From a virus, in the IMG/VR virus record IMGVR_UViG_3300032213_002091, positions 1-64,000 of that record: a stretch of DNA of 64,000 bases; one strand, given 5' to 3'. Position 1 is the first letter of the stretch. Each line of letters opens with the position of its first letter. A program made the translations under genes and the position numbers. Below are positions 1-9,100 of this stretch, piece after piece. Below the pieces are notes generated by a model, which was not told the origin of the DNA, searched no databases, and saw only the letters and a list, made by a program, of their open reading frames with translations.

Positions 1-222
1 CCCCTCCTGTACTCTTCGCGAGACGAGCAGTGGGATATCGACGTTCCGCTGTCCCTCCAGGAAATGCTCCTTTGGCGAAGCAGCCCCGCTGACCGCCCGC
101 TTCACTTCTCTTCGGTGTTCGACGCCTACGAGATTTACAAGAAGAACAAAGATATCGTTTACGAAAGCTCCGGTGTTCGCAACTTTGAGCTCAAAATGTT
201 CTCCTTCAACTCCGTAAACTAA
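1..222 (+). CDS. hypothetical protein, 3' part (5' end outside window)
   Basis: Frame 1 is open from base 1 to TAA at 220-222, which overlaps the next ATG (TAATG). Confidence 0.6.
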   Translation, partial: PLLYSSRDEQWDIDVPLSLQEMLLWRSSPADRPLHFSSVFDAYEIYKKNKDIVYESSGVRNFELKMFSFNSVN

Positions 223-479
223 TGGCAAGAGCTCTTCAGAAAGTTGACCACCTTATTGAAAAAGTTGGTATCGGTATCGTTCAGACGGTCGAAACGAAAT
301 ATCAGAAGTACCTTGAAGATCCCTCCGAACGTAATGCGAGGGAGTACGTCCTCTGGCGTTTGCGATTGCATCGCCGCCTCAAGAATGATCGGGAAACTCT
401 CGATTCAATCAACGAGGCAAGAAATCTTGGGCTTTATGACGAGGAACCAGGTAAGCTCTGCTGGGACTGTGTGTTCTAG
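222..479 (+). CDS. hypothetical protein (85 aa)
   Basis: ATG is coupled to the upstream stop; TAG overlaps the GGGTAAAA motif. Confidence 0.65.
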   Translation: MARALQKVDHLIEKVGIGIVQTVETKYQKYLEDPSERNAREYVLWRLRLHRRLKNDRETLDSINEARNLGLYDEEPGKLCWDCVF

Positions 480-486
480 GGTAAAA
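479..486 (+). promoter_or_regulatory. GGGTAAAA motif (putative phage late promoter)
   Basis: Exact octamer 23 nt before ATG 510; one of at least 21 gene-boundary copies. Confidence 0.7.
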
Positions 487-509
487 TTGTTCAACTGTGA
501 TGAAAGTGT

Positions 510-875
510 ATGAATCCCCGTGCTGTTCAGATGGCTAAAGCCGTAGCCGAGTACGACGCCGGATCTATTGATACCGAACTCCTAGGTAATATCCTGGCAC
601 CCCAATACAGAGGTTGGACAAACAACAGCGCAAATTACTATACACGTTCCGCCCCAATCCCCATCTGGGTTCAAGGATCACCGTTCATGGGGCAACCCTG
701 CGTGTACGGCTATTTAGACGATGGTACACCCGTATACAGGTGGTTTCCGGCGAGACCTTCAAACTTTTGGGTTTATGGTTCCTCGTATCCTGTGCGCGGT
801 ATTGTCCCTAGTTTGTTTTCCGGTGCACCAGAGCCGCCTCCGATCGATAATTTGGACCCATACTACACCCCTTGA
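510..875 (+). CDS. hypothetical protein (121 aa)
   Basis: ATG ORF directly after the GGGTAAAA motif; fills the gap before the polymerase. Confidence 0.6.
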   Translation: MNPRAVQMAKAVAEYDAGSIDTELLGNILAPQYRGWTNNSANYYTRSAPIPIWVQGSPFMGQPCVYGYLDDGTPVYRWFPARPSNFWVYGSSYPVRGIVPSLFSGAPEPPPIDNLDPYYTP

Positions 876-902
876 TTTACAGCGGTTGCGCTCCGCTATA
901 CT
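872..902 (+). promoter_or_regulatory. possible sigma70-type promoter for the DNA polymerase (TTGATT-N19-TATACT)
   Basis: Near-consensus -10 TATACT at 897-902 lies 5 nt before ATG 908; -35 spacing is non-optimal. Confidence 0.35.
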
Positions 903-907
903 AAACC

Positions 908-3703
908 ATGAAAAATCTAACGTCCGTGAAGAAAACACAACTTGGATACCCTGTTCTGTCAGACGACCTGCACGACAAAATCTTTGGCACAGAAAAACCA
1001 CAGAAAATGTCTCGTCTGTCCATTCAGAAAGCAGAAAACCTGCTGAAAGAATTTGATATTTCTGTTCCTGTAGATCACCCTGCAGGTCTGTATGATGGCC
1101 CTCTGCCGCTTCCAGACTTGAAGGGTGATTTTTTGCGCGATCATTTCGAAAAGATCGCCAGCGACCAAGTTGGCCGCTACAAAGAGCTGGGCGATCAATT
1201 CTCCCGGTGCAAACTTCCCCCTCTGCCGCCGCCTGAAGAGTTCCGGTTTGAATCCGGCTGGACTCGGTACGAGTGGGTTGAGAATGATGCTGCCGGGGGT
1301 TGGTACATCGAGAAGGTGGACTTCCCTCAAGAGGAAGCGTTCACGTTCGATACCGAGACTTACGTACACGGCGGTGCGTTTCCGATCATCGGTACCGCCC
1401 TGAGCGCGAAAGCTGCATATGTTTGGCTAGCTTCTGAACTGATTGACCCGACAATCCCTGAAAGCCAGTGGGATCAACACGAGCTGATTCCGATTGGTAC
1501 CAACCGTTTCATTCCGGGCCACAACATCAGCTACGACCGTGTTCGTGCTCGCGAGGGTTACACTCTTGATCAAACTGCGCCCGAAAACTTTTACTTCGAC
1601 ACGCTATCCGCTCACATCGGTGTGTCAGGATTGGCCAGTGGTCAACGCTGGCTGTACGTTCTTGCAGGAAAAGACCCGGAGAGTCTGACGCCAGAAGAGA
1701 AGCGCAAGCTGCGTTATGCTCCGAAGTGGCTTGACAAAGGCGCTACTAACAGCCTTGTGCAGTGCTACAACTTTCACGTGGCAGCCGTCCGAAAGTATTT
1801 CGGTGAGGACGTAAAAGAACTGGGCGCAGTGGATAAAAAAGTTCGTGACATCTTCGTAGATGCGACTCATCTCTCGCAGATTCGTCAAGTTCTGACCGAA
1901 GCTCTTGATTACGCCCTGAAGGATGCTTACTACACTGCTGAACTCTTTCAGGCGCTGTGGCCAAAGTACCTGGATAGCACTCCTTCGATGGTTGCTCTCT
2001 GCGGTCACTATCACCTGAACGGTTCGATCATTCCGCTCGTCGACAACTGGTCCGAGTGGATTGAGGATGTTGAGCGTGTGTACAAAGAATACAACGACGA
2101 AATGACGCAGATCTGTAAGGATCTGGTGTGGAAAACTTACGAAGACTGGCGCGTTCTCTACCTCAACGACCCCATCAAGGCTCAGCAGTGGGTGCGCAAA
2201 GATCCGTGGGTTTCACAACTCGATTGGGAGGTCAAGTCTGCGAAAGGCAAGTATGCTCACATCCCAAACTGGGTTCGCCCTTTCATCAAGGACGAGAATC
2301 AGCATATCGGTGTGAAATCCAACCTGGCTCACCTGATGCTGAAGCTCAAGTACGAAGGTAGCCCGATGATCTTCACCAAGAATGACGGGTGGTGCTACCA
2401 CGACGAAGACGGTAATCTAACGAAGATCCCACACCCGAAAGGCAATGGCGACAACGTTGGTGGTGTGTTGAGTAAAGATTTCGTCGAAGATATGGCTGTT
2501 GGTCGCCTCAGCAGCGATCTTCCCGAGGCGAAACGCGCACTCGAGATTGCCAACTCCGTGTCCTACTGGACTTCCGTGCGAAAGCGTGTGATGGACCGCA
2601 TCTTCCTGCGTGCCAACAATCCTTACGGCGAGGACTCTCTGGTCACTCTGCCGGAGATTCTTTGCCACGGCACGGTTACTCGCAGAACCGTGGAATCGCT
2701 GATGGTTACGATGTGCTCCACCAAAAACTGGCGCATCGGCACTGAACTCAAAACGCGAGTCAAAGCTCCAGACGGTTGGAAGATTGTTGGTGCAGACTTT
2801 GACGGTCAAGAAATGCAGATCGCCTCGATCTACAGCGACAAGTGGGAAGGCGGTCACGTCGGTTGTTCACCCTTTGGCTACAACGTCCTGAGTGGCTCGA
2901 AAGAGGCAGGCACGGACCCCCACAGCGCCCTCGCCAAGCTGGCGGGAGTGGATCGGGACACAGCCAAGATCGCCGGTTTCGCTGTCCTGTACGGAGCTGG
3001 TGTTCGTGCTGTGCAGACTTACATTCGCCGCAAGTACCCTGAAAAGTCGCCTACAGAGGTGAAGAACTTTGCCTACCGCATTCTGGAGGGCAAGAAGGGT
3101 AAACACCGCTCTGGGCTCTATGAAGGCGGATCCGACTCCGGTTGCTTCAACTATATGGAAGAGATCGCAATGCGAACTCGTGTGCCCCAGCTCCCTTGCC
3201 TGGGCACCAAGATCTCGACTGCGATGCGTCCGGCTGCCGTGGGCGACGACTTCAAAACCGGGCGAGTGAACTGGACAATTCAATCCTCCGGCGCGGAAAT
3301 TCTGTCGATCTTCCTTACCTCCATTCATTGGCTCACCGAAGAATACAAGATTCCGGCACGGTTTATCCTCAGTATTCATGACGAGATCTGGTTTATGACG
3401 CCAGATCGTTATGCAGAGCAGTTTGCTGTTCTGTTTCAAATCGCTCACATGTACACCTGGTCACTGTTTCATTCTGCGGTTGGTATCCCCGAACTGCCGC
3501 TGTCACGAGCTTACTTCTCCAGTGTTGCAATCGACAACCGGATTCGTAAGTCGCCCAAGGAAAAGACTGTCACTCCTTCCAACCCTGGTGGCGACAAAGA
3601 GCCATCTGGCTTGGAGTACTCGATGAAAGAGTTGAGTGAGATTGGGGCCATCGATAAACTGACAACTCGTTTCAACGCAATCAAGAAAGGTCTCATCAAA
3701 TGA
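908..3703 (+). CDS. polA: family A DNA polymerase, mitochondrial Pol-gamma-like, with 3'-5' exonuclease
   Basis: Exo motifs FDTET and GHNISYDR; motif A IVGADFDGQEMQIA; motif B RDTAKIAGFAVLYGAG; motif C LSIHDEIW; Pol-gamma-type blocks GTVTRRTVE, GTDPHS and RVNWTIQSSG. Confidence 0.93.
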   Translation: MKNLTSVKKTQLGYPVLSDDLHDKIFGTEKPQKMSRLSIQKAENLLKEFDISVPVDHPAGLYDGPLPLPDLKGDFLRDHFEKIASDQVGRYKELGDQFSRCKLPPLPPPEEFRFESGWTRYEWVENDAAGGWYIEKVDFPQEEAFTFDTETYVHGGAFPIIGTALSAKAAYVWLASELIDPTIPESQWDQHELIPIGTNRFIPGHNISYDRVRAREGYTLDQTAPENFYFDTLSAHIGVSGLASGQRWLYVLAGKDPESLTPEEKRKLRYAPKWLDKGATNSLVQCYNFHVAAVRKYFGEDVKELGAVDKKVRDIFVDATHLSQIRQVLTEALDYALKDAYYTAELFQALWPKYLDSTPSMVALCGHYHLNGSIIPLVDNWSEWIEDVERVYKEYNDEMTQICKDLVWKTYEDWRVLYLNDPIKAQQWVRKDPWVSQLDWEVKSAKGKYAHIPNWVRPFIKDENQHIGVKSNLAHLMLKLKYEGSPMIFTKNDGWCYHDEDGNLTKIPHPKGNGDNVGGVLSKDFVEDMAVGRLSSDLPEAKRALEIANSVSYWTSVRKRVMDRIFLRANNPYGEDSLVTLPEILCHGTVTRRTVESLMVTMCSTKNWRIGTELKTRVKAPDGWKIVGADFDGQEMQIASIYSDKWEGGHVGCSPFGYNVLSGSKEAGTDPHSALAKLAGVDRDTAKIAGFAVLYGAGVRAVQTYIRRKYPEKSPTEVKNFAYRILEGKKGKHRSGLYEGGSDSGCFNYMEEIAMRTRVPQLPCLGTKISTAMRPAAVGDDFKTGRVNWTIQSSGAEILSIFLTSIHWLTEEYKIPARFILSIHDEIWFMTPDRYAEQFAVLFQIAHMYTWSLFHSAVGIPELPLSRAYFSSVAIDNRIRKSPKEKTVTPSNPGGDKEPSGLEYSMKELSEIGAIDKLTTRFNAIKKGLIK

Positions 3704-3888
3704 AAAAGTCACGCAAGTCACGTGTCGCATCAGCTTCACTGGAAACCATGGTTGGTATTGCCGGAGTTTACTATCTGGTCACACCCTATGATAAAAAGGG
3801 ACGAGAAATTCCCTCCTCGGTCCATTGCGCTTACAACTCCGAGTACTTTTCTCCTCAACAAGCATTCACGATCTCTCGCGCCCTATGA
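3700..3888 (+). CDS. hypothetical protein (62 aa)
   Basis: ATGA overlap with the polymerase stop and ATGA overlap with the next ORF. Confidence 0.55.
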   Translation: MKKSRKSRVASASLETMVGIAGVYYLVTPYDKKGREIPSSVHCAYNSEYFSPQQAFTISRAL

Positions 3889-4109
3889 CGCCGTTCCCCC
3901 TTCCAATTGACCCTTACTTTCGAAAAGAGATAGTCTTCATGTGGATATGCGATATCGAGGATCGACTGAAGCTGGAAGATCTTGAAGGCGCAAAACAGAG
4001 TTGGAAAACTGCTCAGGAAATTTACTTGTCTCTGCCGCCTGGCGAGGGTTCCGAGTCGATTGAAAAGCAGCTTGTTGACGCGAGGGTAAAACTTGACAGA
4101 TTCACTTAG
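3885..4109 (+). CDS. hypothetical protein (MTPFPLPIDPYF..., 74 aa)
   Basis: ATG at 3885 overlaps the upstream TGA; same frame as track ORF 3825..4109. Confidence 0.6.
   Translation: MTPFPLPIDPYFRKEIVFMWICDIEDRLKLEDLEGAKQSWKTAQEIYLSLPPGEGSESIEKQLVDARVKLDRFT
4084..4091 (+). promoter_or_regulatory. GGGTAAAA motif
   Basis: Exact octamer 26 nt before ATG 4118 (tail chaperone). Confidence 0.7.
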
Positions 4110-4117
4110 CAATTACT

Positions 4118-4447
4118 ATGCGAACCATTTCAACAGATGCTGGACAACCAACTCCGGCAGCGGACAAAAAACAAAAGCAGCTCGAAACATTCTCTACCAA
4201 GATTTCAGACGGTCGAGAGATTCAAATCCGCGAAATGACTGGCCGCGATCTCCTGTATATGGAGAAAGAACTTGGCAAAGCCGGTGACGTTGAGCGAGGT
4301 ATGAAGATCATCGAGCGCCTGATTGTAGGCTCCGACAAGATCACTTACGACGAAATTCTTGACCTCGGCGTAAGGGACTTCAAGAAACTCAGCGACCTCG
4401 TTGCCAAGGCAAGCGGATCCGATGAGGAAGATGCCGACCCAAACTAA
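4118..4447 (+). CDS. tail assembly chaperone (lambda gpG / P2 gpE analogue)
   Basis: Small acidic protein (IREMTGRDLL...ILDLGVRDFKKL) ending in slippery C CCA AAC TAA. Confidence 0.7.
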   Translation: MRTISTDAGQPTPAADKKQKQLETFSTKISDGREIQIREMTGRDLLYMEKELGKAGDVERGMKIIERLIVGSDKITYDEILDLGVRDFKKLSDLVAKASGSDEEDADPN

Positions 4448-4866
4448 TCGTTGAAGACCTTGAAGATTTCACGTATCTGCTAAGTTTCGGTAAGGGTGTT
4501 TCCCTTCACGTTCGAGAGCTTTGCCCGAAAGACTTTTATTTTGCGCAACTCCTTCGAAACAAAGAAACCGGGATGGTCCCTTTGATCTCCCGGCTTATAC
4601 AGAACCAAGACGACTTAGCGTATTTCACCCTTCCTCAAACGGAAAAAGTCTTCAAGTGGATTGGGGAAGAGATCATCAACGAGAAAGTCTTAACGGTCGA
4701 AAACTGGCTTGAGGTTTCTTTCCACTTGTGCAAACAACGTTGGGATAGCACTGTAGACTGGTTAGAGAAACAACCGATGAGCAAAATTCTTGCAATGATC
4801 AACATTGTTGAAGATTTTGCGGAAAAGCAAGAGCAAGCGATCAAAAAGAGCTCAAGGCAAAGATGA
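4438..4866 (+). CDS. -1 frameshift extension of the tail chaperone (gpGT / E+E' analogue)
   Basis: The -1 frame is open from CCCAAAC (4438-4444) through track ORF 4573..4866, with 45 sense codons before the first ATG. Confidence 0.7.
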   Translation, partial: PKLIVEDLEDFTYLLSFGKGVSLHVRELCPKDFYFAQLLRNKETGMVPLISRLIQNQDDLAYFTLPQTEKVFKWIGEEIINEKVLTVENWLEVSFHLCKQRWDSTVDWLEKQPMSKILAMINIVEDFAEKQEQAIKKSSRQR

Positions 4867-5276
4867 TCAGTTTTCAAGTTAAGAAGGACGGTTTCCTTCA
4901 GTTTAACCTAGACTGGTGGAAGCCTACTCAGAAAGAGTGGGCGCCCATTCTCTTGAAAGATCATGCCGTTCCTTGGCGTCAGGAATCTGATCCCACTACG
5001 GGAAGACCTTGGGCTTCCCTTACACCAAAATACGCGATTGCGAAACTTCGCAAATACCCTGGCCAACCGATTCTACGGGCAACAGGGTTCATGCAAAACG
5101 AAGCCCAGATTTTACCGAAAGGAGAAGGCTTCGAGGTGAAGGCCGCCCCGTATGGCGTATATCACCAGTTCGGAACTTCAAAGATGGCTGCGAGGCCGTG
5201 GATGGGCGTTCCGGATAAGTCTCTCAAGCAGATTGTTCCGATCGCTTGGAAAAACATTCTCACACAAAAACGTTAA
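4863..5276 (+). CDS. phage virion morphogenesis / tail completion protein (Mu gpG, P2 gpS family)
   Basis: DPTTGRPWASL and YGVYHQFGTSKMAARPWMGV motifs. Confidence 0.8.
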   Translation: MISFQVKKDGFLQFNLDWWKPTQKEWAPILLKDHAVPWRQESDPTTGRPWASLTPKYAIAKLRKYPGQPILRATGFMQNEAQILPKGEGFEVKAAPYGVYHQFGTSKMAARPWMGVPDKSLKQIVPIAWKNILTQKR

Positions 5277-5278
5277 TC

Positions 5279-5653
5279 ATGGCCAGAAAAAGAGCTCACA
5301 ACGAAGACGGAACTTTCACCGCCGACGACACTTCGACCCCACAAGCCAACGAGGCTTACGCGCAAGCTGAAGAGGTGAAAGCAGAGGCACAACCGGAACC
5401 CGCGAAGATTGAAGTTCAAACGCTGACAGAAGAGCCAGTTCCAGCCGCACCTGCTGTAGAAAAAGAGCAGATTGAGACCGACGTTCGCACGAAACTGCAG
5501 AGTCGCACTCAGGAAGAAGATATTTTCGTTCCAACCAGCCCCGCCGTTCTTGAAGCTGCTGCTAAGAAAGTGGCCGAAGAAGAAGGCTTTGAACTGAATC
5601 GTGGAACATCGATTGGCGCTCGTCTTTTGGCTCGTTCCCGTAAGATGGTCTGA
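5279..5653 (+). CDS. hypothetical acidic protein
   Basis: ATG 5279 follows the upstream stop; RAHNEDGTFTADD N-terminus; sits in the operon. Confidence 0.65.
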   Translation: MARKRAHNEDGTFTADDTSTPQANEAYAQAEEVKAEAQPEPAKIEVQTLTEEPVPAAPAVEKEQIETDVRTKLQSRTQEEDIFVPTSPAVLEAAAKKVAEEEGFELNRGTSIGARLLARSRKMV

Positions 5654-5655
5654 AA

Positions 5656-6018
5656 ATGATTACTCTGCCCTTCCAGCCCCAGTTCACCTGGAGGAAACTC
5701 GGGTACCAGTACTACACCAATTCTCTTGAGTACCGGGCGGTGCTTGAGTTGAATCCTCAGTGGGACGTTACTGAACTTCCCCCGATTGGTGCTCAACTCC
5801 TTCTACCCAACCCTGAGAGTCCTTCCGGAAGTTTGCAACAAGCTTCTTTTGTGTCTGGAACCGTTGAAGGGGCACAGGCAGACGAGATCTTTCCGTTTGA
5901 CTCAGAGTCTGAGTATGTTTCGTCGTTGAACAAATATACTCTGCAAGGCGTTGTCTTGCGAGAGTCTCTCAACGGGTTATCATTTGATAGTTTGCCTGCG
6001 ATTACTGGTATTCAATAG
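5656..6018 (+). CDS. tail protein X / LysM-like baseplate protein
   Basis: TWRKLGYQYY...YRAVLELNP...PPIGAQLLLP resembles the P2 gpX / LysM pattern. Confidence 0.55.
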   Translation: MITLPFQPQFTWRKLGYQYYTNSLEYRAVLELNPQWDVTELPPIGAQLLLPNPESPSGSLQQASFVSGTVEGAQADEIFPFDSESEYVSSLNKYTLQGVVLRESLNGLSFDSLPAITGIQ

Positions 6019-6025
6019 GGTAAAA
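6018..6025 (+). promoter_or_regulatory. GGGTAAAA motif
   Basis: Overlaps the TAG of the upstream gene; precedes the sheath leader. Confidence 0.7.
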
Positions 6026-6127
6026 GTTAGTACACTTTTGTGTCTCAACAGCAGCTCTACGGAGACCACGTAGGAGTCATCCTTGCCTGCACTGCTGAAG
6101 GGAAAGAAGGAACACCCTCTTAAAAAC

Positions 6128-9100
6128 ATGGCCACATTCTCTCTTGGCGGTGGAACAACCCCCGGAGCTCCTGGTGTATACATCAATGAGCGTGCCGGTG
6201 TTGTCGCAAACGCTGACGTTGCTAATTTTAGCACTGTTTACATGCTGGTGGAAGCCGAAGAAACAGTGCCGGTTACAGTTTTCCCCTATAACACACCCAC
6301 TCCGATCACTTCGCTGAACGATTATTTCGCCCTCGTTGGTGGAAGCGTTCCTGAGGCCCGGATTCCTTTGCTGAGCTACAACTGCGTTAACGAGTTTTTC
6401 CAGAATGCTCAGATTGGTGATCTACGCGTTGTTCGCGTTGGCACTCCTGATCAGATCGTAGAGATTGAGATTCTTCCTAACGGAACCAAGCAGAGCAACG
6501 CAGGTCTTCCCTCGAACTTCGAGGCTGGAGACGTTGTTTACGCGCAACTTGTAATCAACGGAAACCGCCTCGTAGCAGGTGATGGATCCACAGGTTACAC
6601 CAACGACGGAGAGTGGCTGGGTGTTCCGGTTACAATTCCCGTAGATTACATCCCTGGCGACGAAGTTAACAACCGCAGAATTTCTTCGGCTATCGCAATT
6701 GCGATCGCAGAGGCGATTGAGAGCAACCCGAGTGTTCGTAGCTCCGTCTACGTTCGTGATTTCGGTCTGGTAACTTCGATCGACCCTCTCTCAAACTCTG
6801 AGAATGCTTTCGTAAGCATTGCTGCCGCTACGTTTGACGCTAACGTGAGCGTTGTTCCGCTGGTTCTGCCAGTCGGTGCTCAGTACGTCATGATGCAGAA
6901 TGTTTATGACATTCAGAACATCGTTGGCCAACAGCAGAACCTGGAGCGAGTTCCCCAGGATTACATTCAGTGCATCGCGACCGCTTTCGACGGTCAGCAA
7001 GATCAAGGCTACCTGATCACTCCAACTGCGTACGCTCAGTTTGATGCTGATGGCCGTGCTGCTGTCGGAGCTGCTGCTGCCGATCATTGTGCCAACAACA
7101 ACTACAAGTGGATGGCTCTTGCTGATCCCGGTCCTTTCCTTGTGACCGACATCAACAAGTACAGCGCCTACACACCTCACGAGCCTGCCGCTGACCTGAT
7201 CACCGGAAATAAGTACCTGGTAGACAATGCCATGTACGAGTGGGTTGGTGCTGACGTATCCTACGATAAGCTCACCTACCAAGCTCTGATTGCTTCTCCC
7301 ACGGCAGAAACCGCTATCTCTCAGTCTCGGAGTGCAACTCCTGTCGCCGCTGGTGAGAAAGTTGGCCTGCTGGATTCAGCCACATTCGAGGTTGATTCAA
7401 CCGTCGACGACACAATGCTCGTTCTGTCAACTCAGAACTACTGGCCTGTGTCTTACCAGATTCAGGAAGTTACCTTCAGTAACGCCACTGGTGACATTCT
7501 GAGCACGATCGGGGAAGACGGAACGATCTTCGTTATTGCTCCTCCGTATGATCTGGAGGCAACCGGTGATTACTCGTTTAATAACGTGTTCTTCGCCTAC
7601 GACGCGCCTAACGCTGTGTCCGTTTTGGATGAAGTCATTGCTGCTGGTGGTTCAATCAACCTGACAACCCCTGCCAATGCGATCAACTTTGGTGGAGCCA
7701 CTGGAACCTGCGACTTCACATACGTTGTTCCTTTCTACAGCCTGCCTCAGACAATTAACGGTCAGACTTCAAACCTTCTGCAGAACATTACTGGGGCCGC
7801 TCAGTATGTCAACACACTGCACCTTCCTGCTAGCCTTCAGGATGCCACCGCTAACTACCGTCTGAACTTCGTATCTCGTACAATCCTGGACCCCGACGCT
7901 TCCGTGGCTGGTTCCACAGGAGCTTACACTGGCACGGCTCGGGTTACTTGTGTCGCTCACGGCTTGACGAGCGGTCAGAAACTGTACTTCACTCAATCGG
8001 TGAAGACCAACGCCGGAGTAAACCTCTTCCGCGCAACGACTAAAGTTTCTGAGGCTCTTTACTACGTTCAGGTGATCGACGCAGACACCTTCTGCCTGGC
8101 TGAGAGCTTAACCTCTTACACGGCTTCTTCTTTCGTAACGATTCCGAGCGGTACAACCTCTTTTGTCTCTAGCCCCACAATCTTCTACACGAAGGTTCTT
8201 GGCGGTGAGGCAACTTCGGCCACTCTGGCTGAACTGTCGGTTATCCCGTTTGTTCGTGCTCGGAAGTACGGTCTGAATAGCGGCCTGATCGCTTCAGAAG
8301 CAGCTGTTGCAACTGCAGCTCCTGCTCCTGCCGCGAGCAACCCGGACGTCTCGATCTTCTTCAACAATAGCTTGACCGCTCTTGGTGTTGGTTTGATTTC
8401 ACCTTTCGGTGAGAATTCTACTGCAGGTTGGCTGCCTGAGCTTACTCTTTCGGCCCCCGGCTCTCCTTCCACAACTCTTGAGAACTGGTACTGCACCCCA
8501 ACCGTTGACCAGAACTTTGCTTCACAAGCATTCCTGGTTCCTTCAATCGATCCGATTGCAGGCGGTAACTACGAGGCCGCTACCTCTGCCACGTTAGGTG
8601 TCCTGGACACTGCGACTCTCTACGTTACTTCGACCGGCCTCGCCGTGTCAGATACTGGGGTTGACATTCAAACTGCTGTTGCTAAACTCGTCGGGGTTTA
8701 CTTCAACGTTACTGTGGCTCCTGCTGGTGCCGTCGGCCCTGATGGAGTAACTGAGGTTGAATTAGGTGATCGGATCGCCGTGACTTACAACGGAACCGCT
8801 TACGACTGGGTGGTTATCCCTGCTGGTGGCGACTTGAGTGTTGCTGGTCAACCTTGCTACGGCTCACAAGTTGGTCTGAACTTCACCCCTGAGGCAACTC
8901 CTCCGAGTGCTCTCTGGCGCTTTGACCCAATCACCTCCACCGAAATCATCAGCGATGCGATCCGTGGCGTTGGGTTCAACGGTGTTCCCCAGGCTGAGTT
9001 CATTGAGGCTGGCGTTGACAATGTCAACCGTCTGTACAACGATAGCCAAAGGTACTTCCAACCGTTCGGCTTTATCGCTTACTACGGTCCTTACATCGAG

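Noticed and set aside
6040-6116. Glutamine (glnA) riboswitch, suggested by GAAGGAACAC
   Set aside because: Lacks the 5' CGUU strand and the GGAAGUA E-loop; kept only as an unassigned structured leader.
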